From Candidatus Izemoplasmatales bacterium (lineage in GTDB: Bacteria; Bacillota_I; Bacilli_A; Izemoplasmatales; Hujiaoplasmataceae), in contig JBFXGX010000009.1 of NCBI GenBank assembly GCA_050177605.1, forward strand, positions 24,919 through 64,298: a DNA stretch of 39,380 bases. Reading direction: 5' to 3'. Under the pieces are notes generated by a model that saw only the letters and a program-made list of their open reading frames with translations, did no database searches and was not told the origin of the DNA. Made by a program: the position numbers and the translations under genes. Within the stretch, counting starts at the first letter, position 1, and every line of letters begins with the position of its first letter. This document shows, one piece after another, positions 1 to 9,442 of this stretch.

Positions 1-1049
1 TGAAGAAACTTTGGGGACTTCCTTCTTACGTATTAATGATTTTGATTGTAATACTTACTTCTCTATTTTATCCAAAGATTTCGAATGAATTTAATATGTT
101 AATCATCTATAAAGATTCTACTGTGGTCGCTGAAAACGCAAAGAAGATTAGCGAAGTGAATGGTGGTAGTGTTCCTGTTTTTGTCGAGATTAGTGTAGAT
201 GATGTGACGAGTTTAGCTGCGATGAATCAAGTCAATTCATTAAGTAATGCATTATCAAGTAGCGATAGTGTAGATCATGTCATGAATCCCTATGCATTTT
301 TCAATATTATCTCTAATATGACAATGCATTCTGATATCTCAAGCGATATTGTTCTTGGTATTATCTATCAGAACGCTTTAGCTGAAAATCCAGATATGAT
401 TACGAGTATGATGAATGAAGAGGAGAATAAAGTAAAACTCATTGTATTTCCAAAAGACTTAAATAATGCAACACTAGATAATATCGATCAAGTCGTTCTT
501 TCTGAGCACGCGGATGCGATTACTGCGGGACCCCAATATATTTTAAAAGATTTAAATGATAAGATCTTTACAATGCAGTTATCTAGTATCGTTCTCGCTA
601 TCACAGCTGTATTCGTGATGTTACTCATCTCGTTAAGAAGTATCAAAATCGCCGCTATTTCAGTGGTTCCGATTGTAATCAGTGTTCTTGCCATTTATGC
701 ATTCTTAGGAATGACGGGTATTCCTTTAAATATTACAACCGTGATGATTTTCTCCATTACCATTGGGGTTGGTATTGATTATGCGGTCCATTACTCGAGT
801 GTTTATCGTCTTTTCTTAAAAGAAGGGCATTCAAAACATGAAAGCGTCGAAATTGCCTATAGTTATGCTTCCCGTCCAATTATTGCAAATGCGTTAGGCG
901 TAGCGATTGGTGAAACGATTTTGATGCTCAGTCCTCTCCAAATTCACTTCAATGTTTCGGTTTTAATGTGGGTTGGCATGATTACTAGCGTATTGATGAC
1001 TTTAAGTGTATTACCAACGATTTTAAAGATTGAAAAGAAAAATAGTTAA
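1..1049 (+). CDS. MMPL/RND-family membrane transporter, C-terminal part (5'-truncated by window)
   Basis: Frame is open from the window edge (KKLWGLPSYVLM...). A soluble loop is followed by several TM helices containing the RND/MMPL motif GVGIDYAVH. Confidence 0.85.
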   Translation, partial: KKLWGLPSYVLMILIVILTSLFYPKISNEFNMLIIYKDSTVVAENAKKISEVNGGSVPVFVEISVDDVTSLAAMNQVNSLSNALSSSDSVDHVMNPYAFFNIISNMTMHSDISSDIVLGIIYQNALAENPDMITSMMNEEENKVKLIVFPKDLNNATLDNIDQVVLSEHADAITAGPQYILKDLNDKIFTMQLSSIVLAITAVFVMLLISLRSIKIAAISVVPIVISVLAIYAFLGMTGIPLNITTVMIFSITIGVGIDYAVHYSSVYRLFLKEGHSKHESVEIAYSYASRPIIANALGVAIGETILMLSPLQIHFNVSVLMWVGMITSVLMTLSVLPTILKIEKKNS

Positions 1050-1060
1050 TTGACTAAATT

Positions 1061-1100
1061 GAAAGTCTCCTCTTTGAATTAGAAGGAGGAGACTTTTCTT
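1061..1100 (+). terminator. Rho-independent terminator after MMPL gene
   Basis: Inverted repeat AAAGTCTCCTC...GAGGAGACTTT followed by TCTT, starting 12 nt after the stop codon. Confidence 0.8.
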
Positions 1101-1115
1101 ATACCTATTATCATA

Positions 1116-1175
1116 ATTTCGACTATAATCGAAATATGTATTGACTTTTGCTTTTGCTTAGACTATAATCGAAAT
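1116..1175 (+). promoter_or_regulatory. Sigma70/SigA promoter with two operator-like repeats
   Basis: TTGACT (1141-1146)-N17-TATAAT (1164-1169). GACTATAATCGAAAT occurs at 1121 and 1161. The first copy lies within the palindrome ATTTCGA-CTATAA-TCGAAAT (1116-1135). RBS GAGGTG at 1177-1182. Confidence 0.8.
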
Positions 1176-1187
1176 CGAGGTGATAGA

Positions 1188-2381
1188 GTGATTGAGAGAA
1201 ATGAATACATTAGTCAATTAAATGGATACTTGAATAAGCCATTTATCAAAGTATTAACAGGTTTGAGGAGGGTTGGAAAATCTACTTTGCTCGATATTTA
1301 TATTCAACATCTGCTTTCTTTAGGAATTAAAGAAGATCATATACTGAAGATTAATTTTGAACTTCCTAATACATTTGATATTACTGATTACTTGGAACTA
1401 ACTAATCATGTTCTTGCGTGGTCAAAAGGAAAAGAGGGTATGTTATACCTTTTTTTGGATGAAGTCGGCCGAGTGAATAGTTGGGAAAAAGCAGTCAATG
1501 CATTTCATGCGATGAATCAATTTGATTTGTATATCACTGGGTCGAATGCAGACATGCTTTCTTCTGATTTATCCACTTTCTTAGCTGGTAGATATGTGAA
1601 AATATTAGTTCATCCATTTTCTTTCAGCGAATATATCAAAATGCATCCTAGGGCTTCTTTTAATGATTACATCACCTATGGTGGCATTCCATCAATCGCA
1701 AGTTTTGATTTAGACTATAATTTTTCAATGAGTGCTCTTAGAGATTCATTCAGATCTGCAGTGTTACAAGATGTTATATCTAGATATCAAATAAGAAATT
1801 CCTCTATTCTTGAAAAATTAATTCAATATATATTCACAAATTTAGGGAAGACATTTTCTGCCTTATCTATTTCGAACTACTTCAAATCTCAAAGAATCAA
1901 AGTATCAGTTGATACTATTCTTAGCTACTTAAACATGATTGAAGAAGCTTTTTTAATTTATCGAGTAAGTCGCAATGATCTTGTAGGCAAGAGCGTTCTC
2001 AAAACGGAAGAAAAATATTATATTGCAGATCACGGCATTCGTGAAGCAATATCAGGCAATAACATGAAAGTCATTGAATCGATACTCGAAAACATTGTGT
2101 TCATCGAGCTTCTTAGACGAGGATATACCGTTTATGTTGGAAAAGTAAATGAACTTGAAATTGACTTTGTGGCATATATGGGTAATGAAGTAAACTATTT
2201 TCAAGTATCCTACTTAATGAGTACAGAGGAAACAAGGAAGAGAGAGTTTCGCGTATTTGATGAGATTCACGATCATTATTCTAAATATGTTATTTCAATG
2301 GACAAAATTAATTTCTCGCAGAACGGAATTATCCATTTGAATATTGAAGATTTTTTGTTAAATCCAAAGCTAATTAAATAA
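1188..2381 (+). CDS. AAA+ ATP-binding protein (AAA_14 + DUF4143 type)
   Basis: Walker A GLRRVGKS, Walker B LFLDEV, ITGSNA and LAGRY motifs, and C-terminal LENIVFIELLRRGY...EIDF typical of this family. GTG start with RBS. Confidence 0.9.
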   Translation: MIERNEYISQLNGYLNKPFIKVLTGLRRVGKSTLLDIYIQHLLSLGIKEDHILKINFELPNTFDITDYLELTNHVLAWSKGKEGMLYLFLDEVGRVNSWEKAVNAFHAMNQFDLYITGSNADMLSSDLSTFLAGRYVKILVHPFSFSEYIKMHPRASFNDYITYGGIPSIASFDLDYNFSMSALRDSFRSAVLQDVISRYQIRNSSILEKLIQYIFTNLGKTFSALSISNYFKSQRIKVSVDTILSYLNMIEEAFLIYRVSRNDLVGKSVLKTEEKYYIADHGIREAISGNNMKVIESILENIVFIELLRRGYTVYVGKVNELEIDFVAYMGNEVNYFQVSYLMSTEETRKREFRVFDEIHDHYSKYVISMDKINFSQNGIIHLNIEDFLLNPKLIK

Positions 2382-2393
2382 TGACGAATAAGG

Positions 2394-2437
2394 AAAAGAC
2401 CTATTAAATCGGATAATCCGAGTTTAATAGGTCTTTT
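2394..2437. terminator. Bidirectional intrinsic terminator between convergent genes
   Basis: AAAAGACCTATTAAA...TTTAATAGGTCTTTT 15-bp stem extended by TCGGA/TCCGA, with A/T tracts at both ends. Lies between stops at 2381 (+) and 2442 (-). Confidence 0.85.
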
Positions 2438-2441
2438 ATAT

Positions 2442-4439
2442 TTATCTGTTTCTTTGTTTGTGTGTTAATCCAGGAGTACTTGCTTTAATTGCGGCACGTA
2501 CTTCATTAATATAATCGGATGATTGTTTTTTCTTTGCTTTTGAATAGAGATAATCATCGATGGCTTGTGCAGCGCGATGACCGTCCGCAACACCACTAAT
2601 GATGTCTGGACCTCTCATAATATCTCCACCAACGAATAACCATTCAACACCTTCTACAGCACCACCAAGGTTTGCTTGGATCTTACCACGATTGATGTTC
2701 ATTGATTTTGCGATTTCTTCAGGGATGTAGTTATAGTCAGGTGCTTGACCAATTGACATATAAACTTGTTCACCTTCTAAAATCATTTCTTGAGATGGAT
2801 CAAATTGAGGATTGAATCTCTTATTTTCATCGAAGACACTAGTACATTTCCATACTCTTAATCCTTTGACTTTACCTTTTTCAACAACGATTTCTTGAGG
2901 ACCATTTCCTAAGAAGAATTTTACGCCTTCTTCAGTTCCTTCATGGAATTCATCGAAGGATGCCGGTAAGATGTCTCTTGTTTCAAGAGAAGTTAATTTT
3001 ACATCAGCTTTTCCGTATTTTAACATTTGTAAACGAGTTACATTTCTAGCAACGTCGAACGCTACGTCTCCACCACCGATAACGATAGCAGAAGGTTTCA
3101 CATTCATATCTTCAAGTTTTAATGCGCCGCGTGCGAAGTCTCTTGCTCTAGGTAAGAAGTCCATTGCGCCAATCGCGTCTTCATGATCCGCACCAGGAAT
3201 GGTTAGTTTTCTTGCAGTGAAGAAACCTGTTCCTAAGAATACTGCGTCATAATTCTTATGTAAATCTTCAAGTAAGACATCTTTTCCGACTCTTGTGTTT
3301 GTTTTAATATTCACACCCATTTTCTTAATGAAGTTAATATCTTTTTCCACAGCATAGTCAGGAATTCTGTATTGAGGTGCACCATAACTTGCTACACCAC
3401 CAGCTCTGTCTCTTTCTTCAAATAAATCAACTTTATATCCAAGAGCAGCTAAGTAGTATGCAGCACTTAAGCTTGCTGGACCACCACCGGCAATCGCAAC
3501 TTTAGCGTCGATAACTTCACTAACAGGTTCTTTGAAGATTTTTTCATATAAATCGTTTGGAGCACTGTCGATAATATAACGTTTTAACCAACGAATAGCA
3601 ATGGCTTCTCCTCTTACGGCGATAGCACAAGCTGTTTCACAGTTATGCGTACATACACGACCACATACACCTGGTAATGGATTGGTTTCATAAACTTGTC
3701 TTAATGCGCCTTCAATATCATCTTCCCAAATCGATTTGATATAAGCAGGAATATGCATTTGAACTGGACAAGAACTTGTACAAACGCCACATTCAACGCA
3801 TCTTGCAGCTTCTTGACGTGCTGTTTCTTTGGAATATCCACGAACAACTTCAATAAAGCTTTTGATTCGATCGCTTGGTGAAATGTGTTCCATTTCAACA
3901 CGTTCTAGATCTAATAGATCAGAAGTAGGCGTTTTAATATATCCTTGTTCCACCTTTTCGCCTTGCCATGTTTCGGTAGGCATTAATAAGAAGGAATCAG
4001 GATTGGAATCAGCGTAAATATATTCTTTACTCATTTTTAAGGATTCTGTTGTACAAGTATCCACGCAAAGAGCACAGAAGCAGCAACGACCATAGTCAAT
4101 GACTGGACGTTGTTGATGTTTACCCGCTTCATCTTTCAAATCCATTCTTTCAACCATACGAATCGCATCTGTTGGACAGATTTCTCCACAAGTACCGCAA
4201 CCGATACATTTTTCCCAATCATTGGTGTGGAATCCTCTTAAATTATCAGGTGCAGTTCGAGGGTTAGAATCAAATTTAAGTTTGTTTTTCATGACGCCAA
4301 CACCAGCAAGGTAATCAGCGTTTTTCTTTGTGAAAATTGTTTCTAGTGGATGGGTTATTGGTTTTTTGAATAAATATTTAAAGTGGCGCATTGGGCCGAA
4401 TATACTGGATTGTCTATATTTTTTATTTTCTTCCATCAT
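2442..4439 (-). CDS. Fusion of NuoI/MbxN-type 2x[4Fe-4S] ferredoxin with GltD/NfnB-like FAD/NAD(P)H oxidoreductase
   Basis: N-terminal RGFH...CIGCGTCGEICP and IDYGRCCFCALCVDTCT (NuoI-like). Then CVECGVCTSSCP, CGRVCTHNCETAC, the FAD motif IAGGGPAS and a second Rossmann motif VIGGGDVAFD. Start is ATG 4439 or 4436, after AGGGGTG. Confidence 0.88.
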   Translation of the reverse strand: MMEENKKYRQSSIFGPMRHFKYLFKKPITHPLETIFTKKNADYLAGVGVMKNKLKFDSNPRTAPDNLRGFHTNDWEKCIGCGTCGEICPTDAIRMVERMDLKDEAGKHQQRPVIDYGRCCFCALCVDTCTTESLKMSKEYIYADSNPDSFLLMPTETWQGEKVEQGYIKTPTSDLLDLERVEMEHISPSDRIKSFIEVVRGYSKETARQEAARCVECGVCTSSCPVQMHIPAYIKSIWEDDIEGALRQVYETNPLPGVCGRVCTHNCETACAIAVRGEAIAIRWLKRYIIDSAPNDLYEKIFKEPVSEVIDAKVAIAGGGPASLSAAYYLAALGYKVDLFEERDRAGGVASYGAPQYRIPDYAVEKDINFIKKMGVNIKTNTRVGKDVLLEDLHKNYDAVFLGTGFFTARKLTIPGADHEDAIGAMDFLPRARDFARGALKLEDMNVKPSAIVIGGGDVAFDVARNVTRLQMLKYGKADVKLTSLETRDILPASFDEFHEGTEEGVKFFLGNGPQEIVVEKGKVKGLRVWKCTSVFDENKRFNPQFDPSQEMILEGEQVYMSIGQAPDYNYIPEEIAKSMNINRGKIQANLGGAVEGVEWLFVGGDIMRGPDIISGVADGHRAAQAIDDYLYSKAKKKQSSDYINEVRAAIKASTPGLTHKQRNR

Positions 4440-4447
4440 TTTCACCC

Positions 4448-5554
4448 CTAGCGATCAATCTCTGGAGAACATACGCCCATAGTATCTACCCATAAAGCAG
4501 CGTCATCTATTCTTGTTCCAGGAAGGTATTTTTCAATTCCAAGTAACCCTTGAGGGTACGATGCACCACGTACGCCAACTCTCCAAGGATGTGTTCCACC
4601 ATTTGAGACCATGTAATATCCAAATTCACCACGGCTAGATTCTACTGCACTGTAAGCATATCCGAATGGAACGGTCCAGCGCATTGACTGTCCTCTTCCT
4701 AGTTTGACACGGACTTCACCTTCAGGCATTTTAGCTAAACATTGACGAATGATATTAATGGATTGCTGAACTTCTTTTAGTTTAATATCAACACGTGCTC
4801 TTGCATCACTGTAAGTAGAAGTAGGAACTTCAAACTCAACTTGATCATAACGAGCATATGGCATTACTTTTCTTAAGTCGTACTGTTTTCCAGTCGCACT
4901 TCTCATTCCAATTCCAGTAACACCAAGTTCCCATACTACTGATTCTGGTAACATGATGGTATCAGTAACTCTTTTTAAGATAGTTGGATTCCCATGACCT
5001 AAATCATAGTATTCATCGAGTCTTGATTCTAAGTCATCGATAAATGCATGAATGTCTTTTTCGATTCCAACAGGTAAGTCTTTACGAACACCACCAGGAA
5101 CGATGTATTGATGATAAACACGCATACCAGTAATTTGTTCAAAGATATCTAAGATGTTATTTCTGTCTGCGTGAGCATGATACATTAAAGTATAGTTACC
5201 TGTTGGCCCACCTAAACCACCATAACTCATTAAATGAGCTGATATTCTAGCAAACTCAAGGATAATCATACGAATCCAATGGGCTCTTTCAGGAACTTCT
5301 AGTTTTAATAATTTTTCTACAGCATTCGCAAATGCCATTTCATTGATATCTGGTTCTGGAACGCAGACACGTGGGATTAAGCTAATATTGTTTACCCATA
5401 AATGTCTTTCCATTCCTTTTTCAAATCCACGATGTAACATCCCAGGAAGTAAGTAACTACTTTTAATGATGTCACCATCAACGAAAAGATGGACGGATGC
5501 ATTTCCATGCATTCCAGGATGTTGAGGTCCTAGAAATAATTTCATTTGTTTCAT
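4448..5554 (-). CDS. nuoD: NuoD-like / MbxL (MbsL) catalytic subunit, non-NiFe
   Basis: GPQHPGMHG, LHRGFEK, RVCVPE, VESSRGEFG and C-terminal CSPEIDR. Only 2 of the 4 NiFe-ligand Cys positions are retained. Confidence 0.9.
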   Translation of the reverse strand: MKQMKLFLGPQHPGMHGNASVHLFVDGDIIKSSYLLPGMLHRGFEKGMERHLWVNNISLIPRVCVPEPDINEMAFANAVEKLLKLEVPERAHWIRMIILEFARISAHLMSYGGLGGPTGNYTLMYHAHADRNNILDIFEQITGMRVYHQYIVPGGVRKDLPVGIEKDIHAFIDDLESRLDEYYDLGHGNPTILKRVTDTIMLPESVVWELGVTGIGMRSATGKQYDLRKVMPYARYDQVEFEVPTSTYSDARARVDIKLKEVQQSINIIRQCLAKMPEGEVRVKLGRGQSMRWTVPFGYAYSAVESSRGEFGYYMVSNGGTHPWRVGVRGASYPQGLLGIEKYLPGTRIDDAALWVDTMGVCSPEIDR

Positions 5555-6147
5555 TATTTCTTTCCTCCTTTCGTTTTTAAGCTTTCTGTTCTTTCTTTTC
5601 TCGCAGCTCTTTTAGCTTGTGGACTCTTTTCAGGGTCTGAAACGATATAGGTTTCACTGTACTCTCTTTGAGGGAACTTTTTAGCACTATAGGCTGCTGG
5701 ATCAAAGTCTTTTCTAAGAGGTGGAATATCATCCCATCCTTCTAGAATCAATTGTTTCATATATTCTGGATTTCCAGGGAACTTAATACCAAAAAATTCA
5801 TGGCATTCTCTTTCATAATATTTCGCACCAGCAAAAATAGGTAGAATCGAGTTCATCGAAGGATTCTCACGATCAATTTTTGTTCTGATTTGAACATGTA
5901 CAGCTTTATCCCAGTTCATTAGAATATAGACAACTTCAAATTTGTTTTCATCTGGCCAGTCAATTGCACTTAGGTAAGATAATTGTCTCCATCCAGACGT
6001 TTTTAATACAGATAATAATTGATGAACATCTGCGGTTTGAACTTCAAAACTGATTTGATATTGGTCAACAACTTCAGTTTTGATAGTTTTAAATTGGCTT
6101 TCAACTAATTCTTTTGTAAATTCAATATTATTCATGGAATTCGTCAT
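5554..6147 (-). CDS. nuoC: NuoC-like / MbxK subunit
   Basis: LSYLSAIDW, YERECHEFFGIKFPGNP and PPLRKDF motifs. Start moved to ATG 6147, 8 nt after GGAGGT. Confidence 0.9.
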   Translation of the reverse strand: MTNSMNNIEFTKELVESQFKTIKTEVVDQYQISFEVQTADVHQLLSVLKTSGWRQLSYLSAIDWPDENKFEVVYILMNWDKAVHVQIRTKIDRENPSMNSILPIFAGAKYYERECHEFFGIKFPGNPEYMKQLILEGWDDIPPLRKDFDPAAYSAKKFPQREYSETYIVSDPEKSPQAKRAARKERTESLKTKGGKK

Positions 6148-6706
6148 GGACATCGACCTCCCCAAGAGATTGAATTTGGTTTTGTTTATACCATTCATAA
6201 TTGTCATGGTATTTCTTCCAACCATTCGCTGTTTTATGTTTGATTTGGTCCATTAAATCGACAAAACCATTCATGACAGCTTCTGTATTTGGCATACATC
6301 CAGCAACATAAACATCGACTGGAATGTATTGGTCAAGTTGATTAATAACGGCGTGTGAATCATGATAGATTCCACCGTTAATTGGACAACTTCCGAGAGC
6401 CACGACATAACGAGGTTCACTCATTTGTTCGTATGTATAAATAAGTCTTCTTAATGTTTTTAATGATAAGTATCCTGATACAAGTAAGATATCTGCTTGA
6501 CGAGGTGTTGCCATTGGCCCCATCCCCATTCTTTCCATATCATAAGCAGAAGTCATTGCAGGTGGAAGTTCGATTGCGCAGCAACCTGTACAATACATTA
6601 ATAACCAAAGTGAGTTTCTTCTAAAGAAATCACCAATTTCCCACCATTTGCGATCGGCTTCCTCTTTTGTCATTCTAGATACTGGTGTAAATCTTGTGCT
6701 TTTCAT
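6128..6706 (-). CDS. nuoB: NuoB-like / MbxJ Fe-S subunit
   Basis: CTGCCAIE, TPRQADIL, ALGSCPINGG and VDVYVAGCMP motifs. Confidence 0.92.
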   Translation of the reverse strand: MKSTRFTPVSRMTKEEADRKWWEIGDFFRRNSLWLLMYCTGCCAIELPPAMTSAYDMERMGMGPMATPRQADILLVSGYLSLKTLRRLIYTYEQMSEPRYVVALGSCPINGGIYHDSHAVINQLDQYIPVDVYVAGCMPNTEAVMNGFVDLMDQIKHKTANGWKKYHDNYEWYKQNQIQSLGEVDVHDEFHE

Positions 6707-6707
6707 A

Positions 6708-7616
6708 TTAAATCACCCACCCGAGATAAATTACCATCACTGCTTGTGCAATTGCAAGTAGCAATGGCCATTTGTAGAAAAATGTCACGACTTGATCGAT
6801 TTTGAAACGTCCATTGACATTTGAAATTAAGTTCACAATCGTATAGATAGCGAAATACTTAATTAAGAATTCAACGATGTTCGTTGCGCCACCCATAAAC
6901 AGATGAACGAATAAACTAACTTCGATGAATACACTAATTTCGTGAAGAATAAATAACATTCCTAGTTGTTTTCCACCATATTCTACCATCGGACCAGATG
7001 CAATTTCTGCAGGGGCGATATACGTTTCAAATGGTTTCTTTCCAAGCATCCCCATTAATGCAAGTACACCGACGATACCACCTAAAGGAAGCGCAATTAA
7101 GAACCAATGTCCTAAAGTGTTTTGTTGGTATAGTTGAATCATTGTTAAGGAACTTGAATCAACTTGATTGATGATTGTTAAGACAACAATCATGAATGGA
7201 ACTTCATAAGCTAACATCGTTGTTAAAGCTCTCATGACCCCGATACTAGCCCAAGGGTTACCTGAACCAGATGCGGACATCGCCATTCCTAACATCCCTA
7301 CAGCTAGTAAATAAACGAAGATAAAGAAGTTATCATACGTTCCAAAAGCGGAGAAGGAAGAAGTTAAAGGCATAAACATTGCGGTCGCAATGATGCCACC
7401 AAGAGCCATAATGACGCCGAAGTCGAAAATCCAACCATGGGAGACACTACGTTTGCTTAATAGTTTAAAGATATCGAGGAATTCTTGGTACCATCTTGGC
7501 CCGATTCTTTTTTGAAGACGAGCAACGATCTGACGATTGAATCCAGCGACACTAGTTTGTAAGACGAAACCGAAGAGGGCAACGCCAAGTCCTAGAAGGA
7601 TATTCGTAATTGTCAT
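6708..7616 (-). CDS. nuoH: NuoH-like / MbxM membrane subunit
   Basis: RQIVARLQKRIGP, DIFKLLSK, LAYEVP, PFE and EIASGPMVEYGG motifs; multiple TM helices. Confidence 0.9.
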   Translation of the reverse strand: MTITNILLGLGVALFGFVLQTSVAGFNRQIVARLQKRIGPRWYQEFLDIFKLLSKRSVSHGWIFDFGVIMALGGIIATAMFMPLTSSFSAFGTYDNFFIFVYLLAVGMLGMAMSASGSGNPWASIGVMRALTTMLAYEVPFMIVVLTIINQVDSSSLTMIQLYQQNTLGHWFLIALPLGGIVGVLALMGMLGKKPFETYIAPAEIASGPMVEYGGKQLGMLFILHEISVFIEVSLFVHLFMGGATNIVEFLIKYFAIYTIVNLISNVNGRFKIDQVVTFFYKWPLLLAIAQAVMVIYLGWVI

Positions 7617-9442
7617 TAGATTTCACCCCACAATAAGAAGATAATTAAGAGAATAATCCAAAATACAGAGAGTTGTGCATATTTGGACATGAAGAGGTAT
7701 TTAGCAAGGCGCCCGATTTCTTTCACTTTATAAGCTAAACCATCGTAGAAATCTTTCATCTTGGTTGTATATTTTTCATATAATCTTTCAAGAGGAGCGT
7801 AGAAGTCTTTGGTATAGTGTAACAACTCTTCGTTATGAACAAAGTTTGCGGCAGTATACGTATCCATTAATCCAACTTTTCTTGATTTCTTTAAGACGAT
7901 AAAGATAATGAAAGCGACCACAACACCAACAGCGAATATAAGTGAGATTAGTGCTGGGTATAATACCCCATTTGCACCATGGATCGTCATTCCTTCTAAT
8001 ACGACTGGAGCGTATCCTAAATCAGAAATGATATTATTGATAAATCCTAACATTGCGTTTGGAAAAACACCGGTATAAACATTTAATAACGAGATAATGA
8101 CCATCGGAATTAACATCATAATAGGTGCTTCTTTGACTTTTGAACTGTACATACTTAATTCTTGTCCTAAGAATAAAGCAGCTAAAGGTCTGAACACATA
8201 TAAGAAGGAACCAATACTTCCGAAGAAGACGGCAACACCAACTAAAATCATTCCTTTGTTAATCACTGCTTGGAAGATTAACCATTTAGAGATAAATCCG
8301 CCCATCGGTGGAATTCCGGCCATAGAAATAATTGCGATTAAGTAAACAAGGTAAGTAATCGGCATTTTATGAATCATACCACCAAGTTCTTTCATCTTCG
8401 TTGTACCAGTTTGTCTAGCGACAGCGGCAATAGCCATAAATGCACCAGCACTTGCTAAAGCATGGGCTAAGATGTGATAGAATCCACCGGCTAAAGCCAT
8501 AGAATCCATAATGGAGAATGCAACTAAGATATAACCACCATGACTCATTGAACTATAAGCAAGCAATTTCTTCGCATCATCTTCACGAATCGCCATTAAG
8601 GTACCAAAGACAATGGATAAACTACCAAGGATAGCGACAGCGTATTGCCCTAGTGGTAAATTAATCGCATCCACTAGATACATACTAGCTGGTGAAATAC
8701 GAATTAAAGCAAAGACTGCGACGAATGCACCAAGTTTTACTAACGCACCAGATAATACTGGAGAGAAAGGATGAGGAGCATTACCATGAGCCACTGGTAA
8801 CCAAATGTGAAGTGGGAACGCACCTAGTTTTGCAAATGCAGCAACTAAGAACGCGATGAATACAAGAATTGAATTCGTTCCTGATAGACTAGCAAGTCCT
8901 GTTGCGATATTTAAGTTTTCAGGATGGCCACTATAAATCACTAAGATTCCAAATAACATTGCGAAGCTTCCTGCAGCACTAAATCCATAATAAGAAATAG
9001 CTGCTTGTTTGCTTTTTCCAAGTGGAATCAAGAACATACTTGTCCAAACAATAAATTCAAATGCAAAGAATAATTGAATAAAGTTATTTGTAAAGAATGT
9101 TGCTAAAACCCCTGCTAAGCTAAGAAGGAAGAACATATTGTACATGTTTTTGTATTTGTATTCACCCACGAAATATGGATGGAAGAAACTTACCATGAAA
9201 TAGACAAATACAATGATGATTGCAAAATAGAATCCTAAGCTTGTATAGGTAAAGGTGAACGGAAGAATCGTTGTTGACATATCTAAGTTTCCACTGAATC
9301 CGTAATAAGCTAAGGATGCAAATACAAACATCGTGGAGAAGATGGTTACAACACTTCCTAAATAAGAATGAAATTTCGTAAGGATATAACTAAGAAGAGA
9401 AGAACCAAGTAATATGAAGATGAGTATTTCGATATTATTCAT
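7616..9442 (-). CDS. Antiporter-like proton/Na+-translocating subunit (MrpD/NuoL-M-N family; MbxH')
   Basis: KLGAFPLHIWLPVAHGNAP, KKLLAYSSMSHGGY, LGGM and GIPPMGGFISKW motifs. Confidence 0.88.
   Translation of the reverse strand: MNNIEILIFILLGSSLLSYILTKFHSYLGSVVTIFSTMFVFASLAYYGFSGNLDMSTTILPFTFTYTSLGFYFAIIIVFVYFMVSFFHPYFVGEYKYKNMYNMFFLLSLAGVLATFFTNNFIQLFFAFEFIVWTSMFLIPLGKSKQAAISYYGFSAAGSFAMLFGILVIYSGHPENLNIATGLASLSGTNSILVFIAFLVAAFAKLGAFPLHIWLPVAHGNAPHPFSPVLSGALVKLGAFVAVFALIRISPASMYLVDAINLPLGQYAVAILGSLSIVFGTLMAIREDDAKKLLAYSSMSHGGYILVAFSIMDSMALAGGFYHILAHALASAGAFMAIAAVARQTGTTKMKELGGMIHKMPITYLVYLIAIISMAGIPPMGGFISKWLIFQAVINKGMILVGVAVFFGSIGSFLYVFRPLAALFLGQELSMYSSKVKEAPIMMLIPMVIISLLNVYTGVFPNAMLGFINNIISDLGYAPVVLEGMTIHGANGVLYPALISLIFAVGVVVAFIIFIVLKKSRKVGLMDTYTAANFVHNEELLHYTKDFYAPLERLYEKYTTKMKDFYDGLAYKVKEIGRLAKYLFMSKYAQLSVFWIILLIIFLLWGEI

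Noticed and set aside
2442..4439. Glutamate synthase small subunit (gltD)
   Set aside because: No gltB nearby. The domain is fused to a NuoI-like ferredoxin and is the last gene of the membrane-complex operon.
4448..6706. Group 4 [NiFe]-hydrogenase or canonical NADH:quinone oxidoreductase
   Set aside because: The large subunit lacks both complete CxxC motifs and the NuoD RLDY motif. There are no nuoA/E/F/G genes and no maturation genes, and the gene order is Mbx-like.
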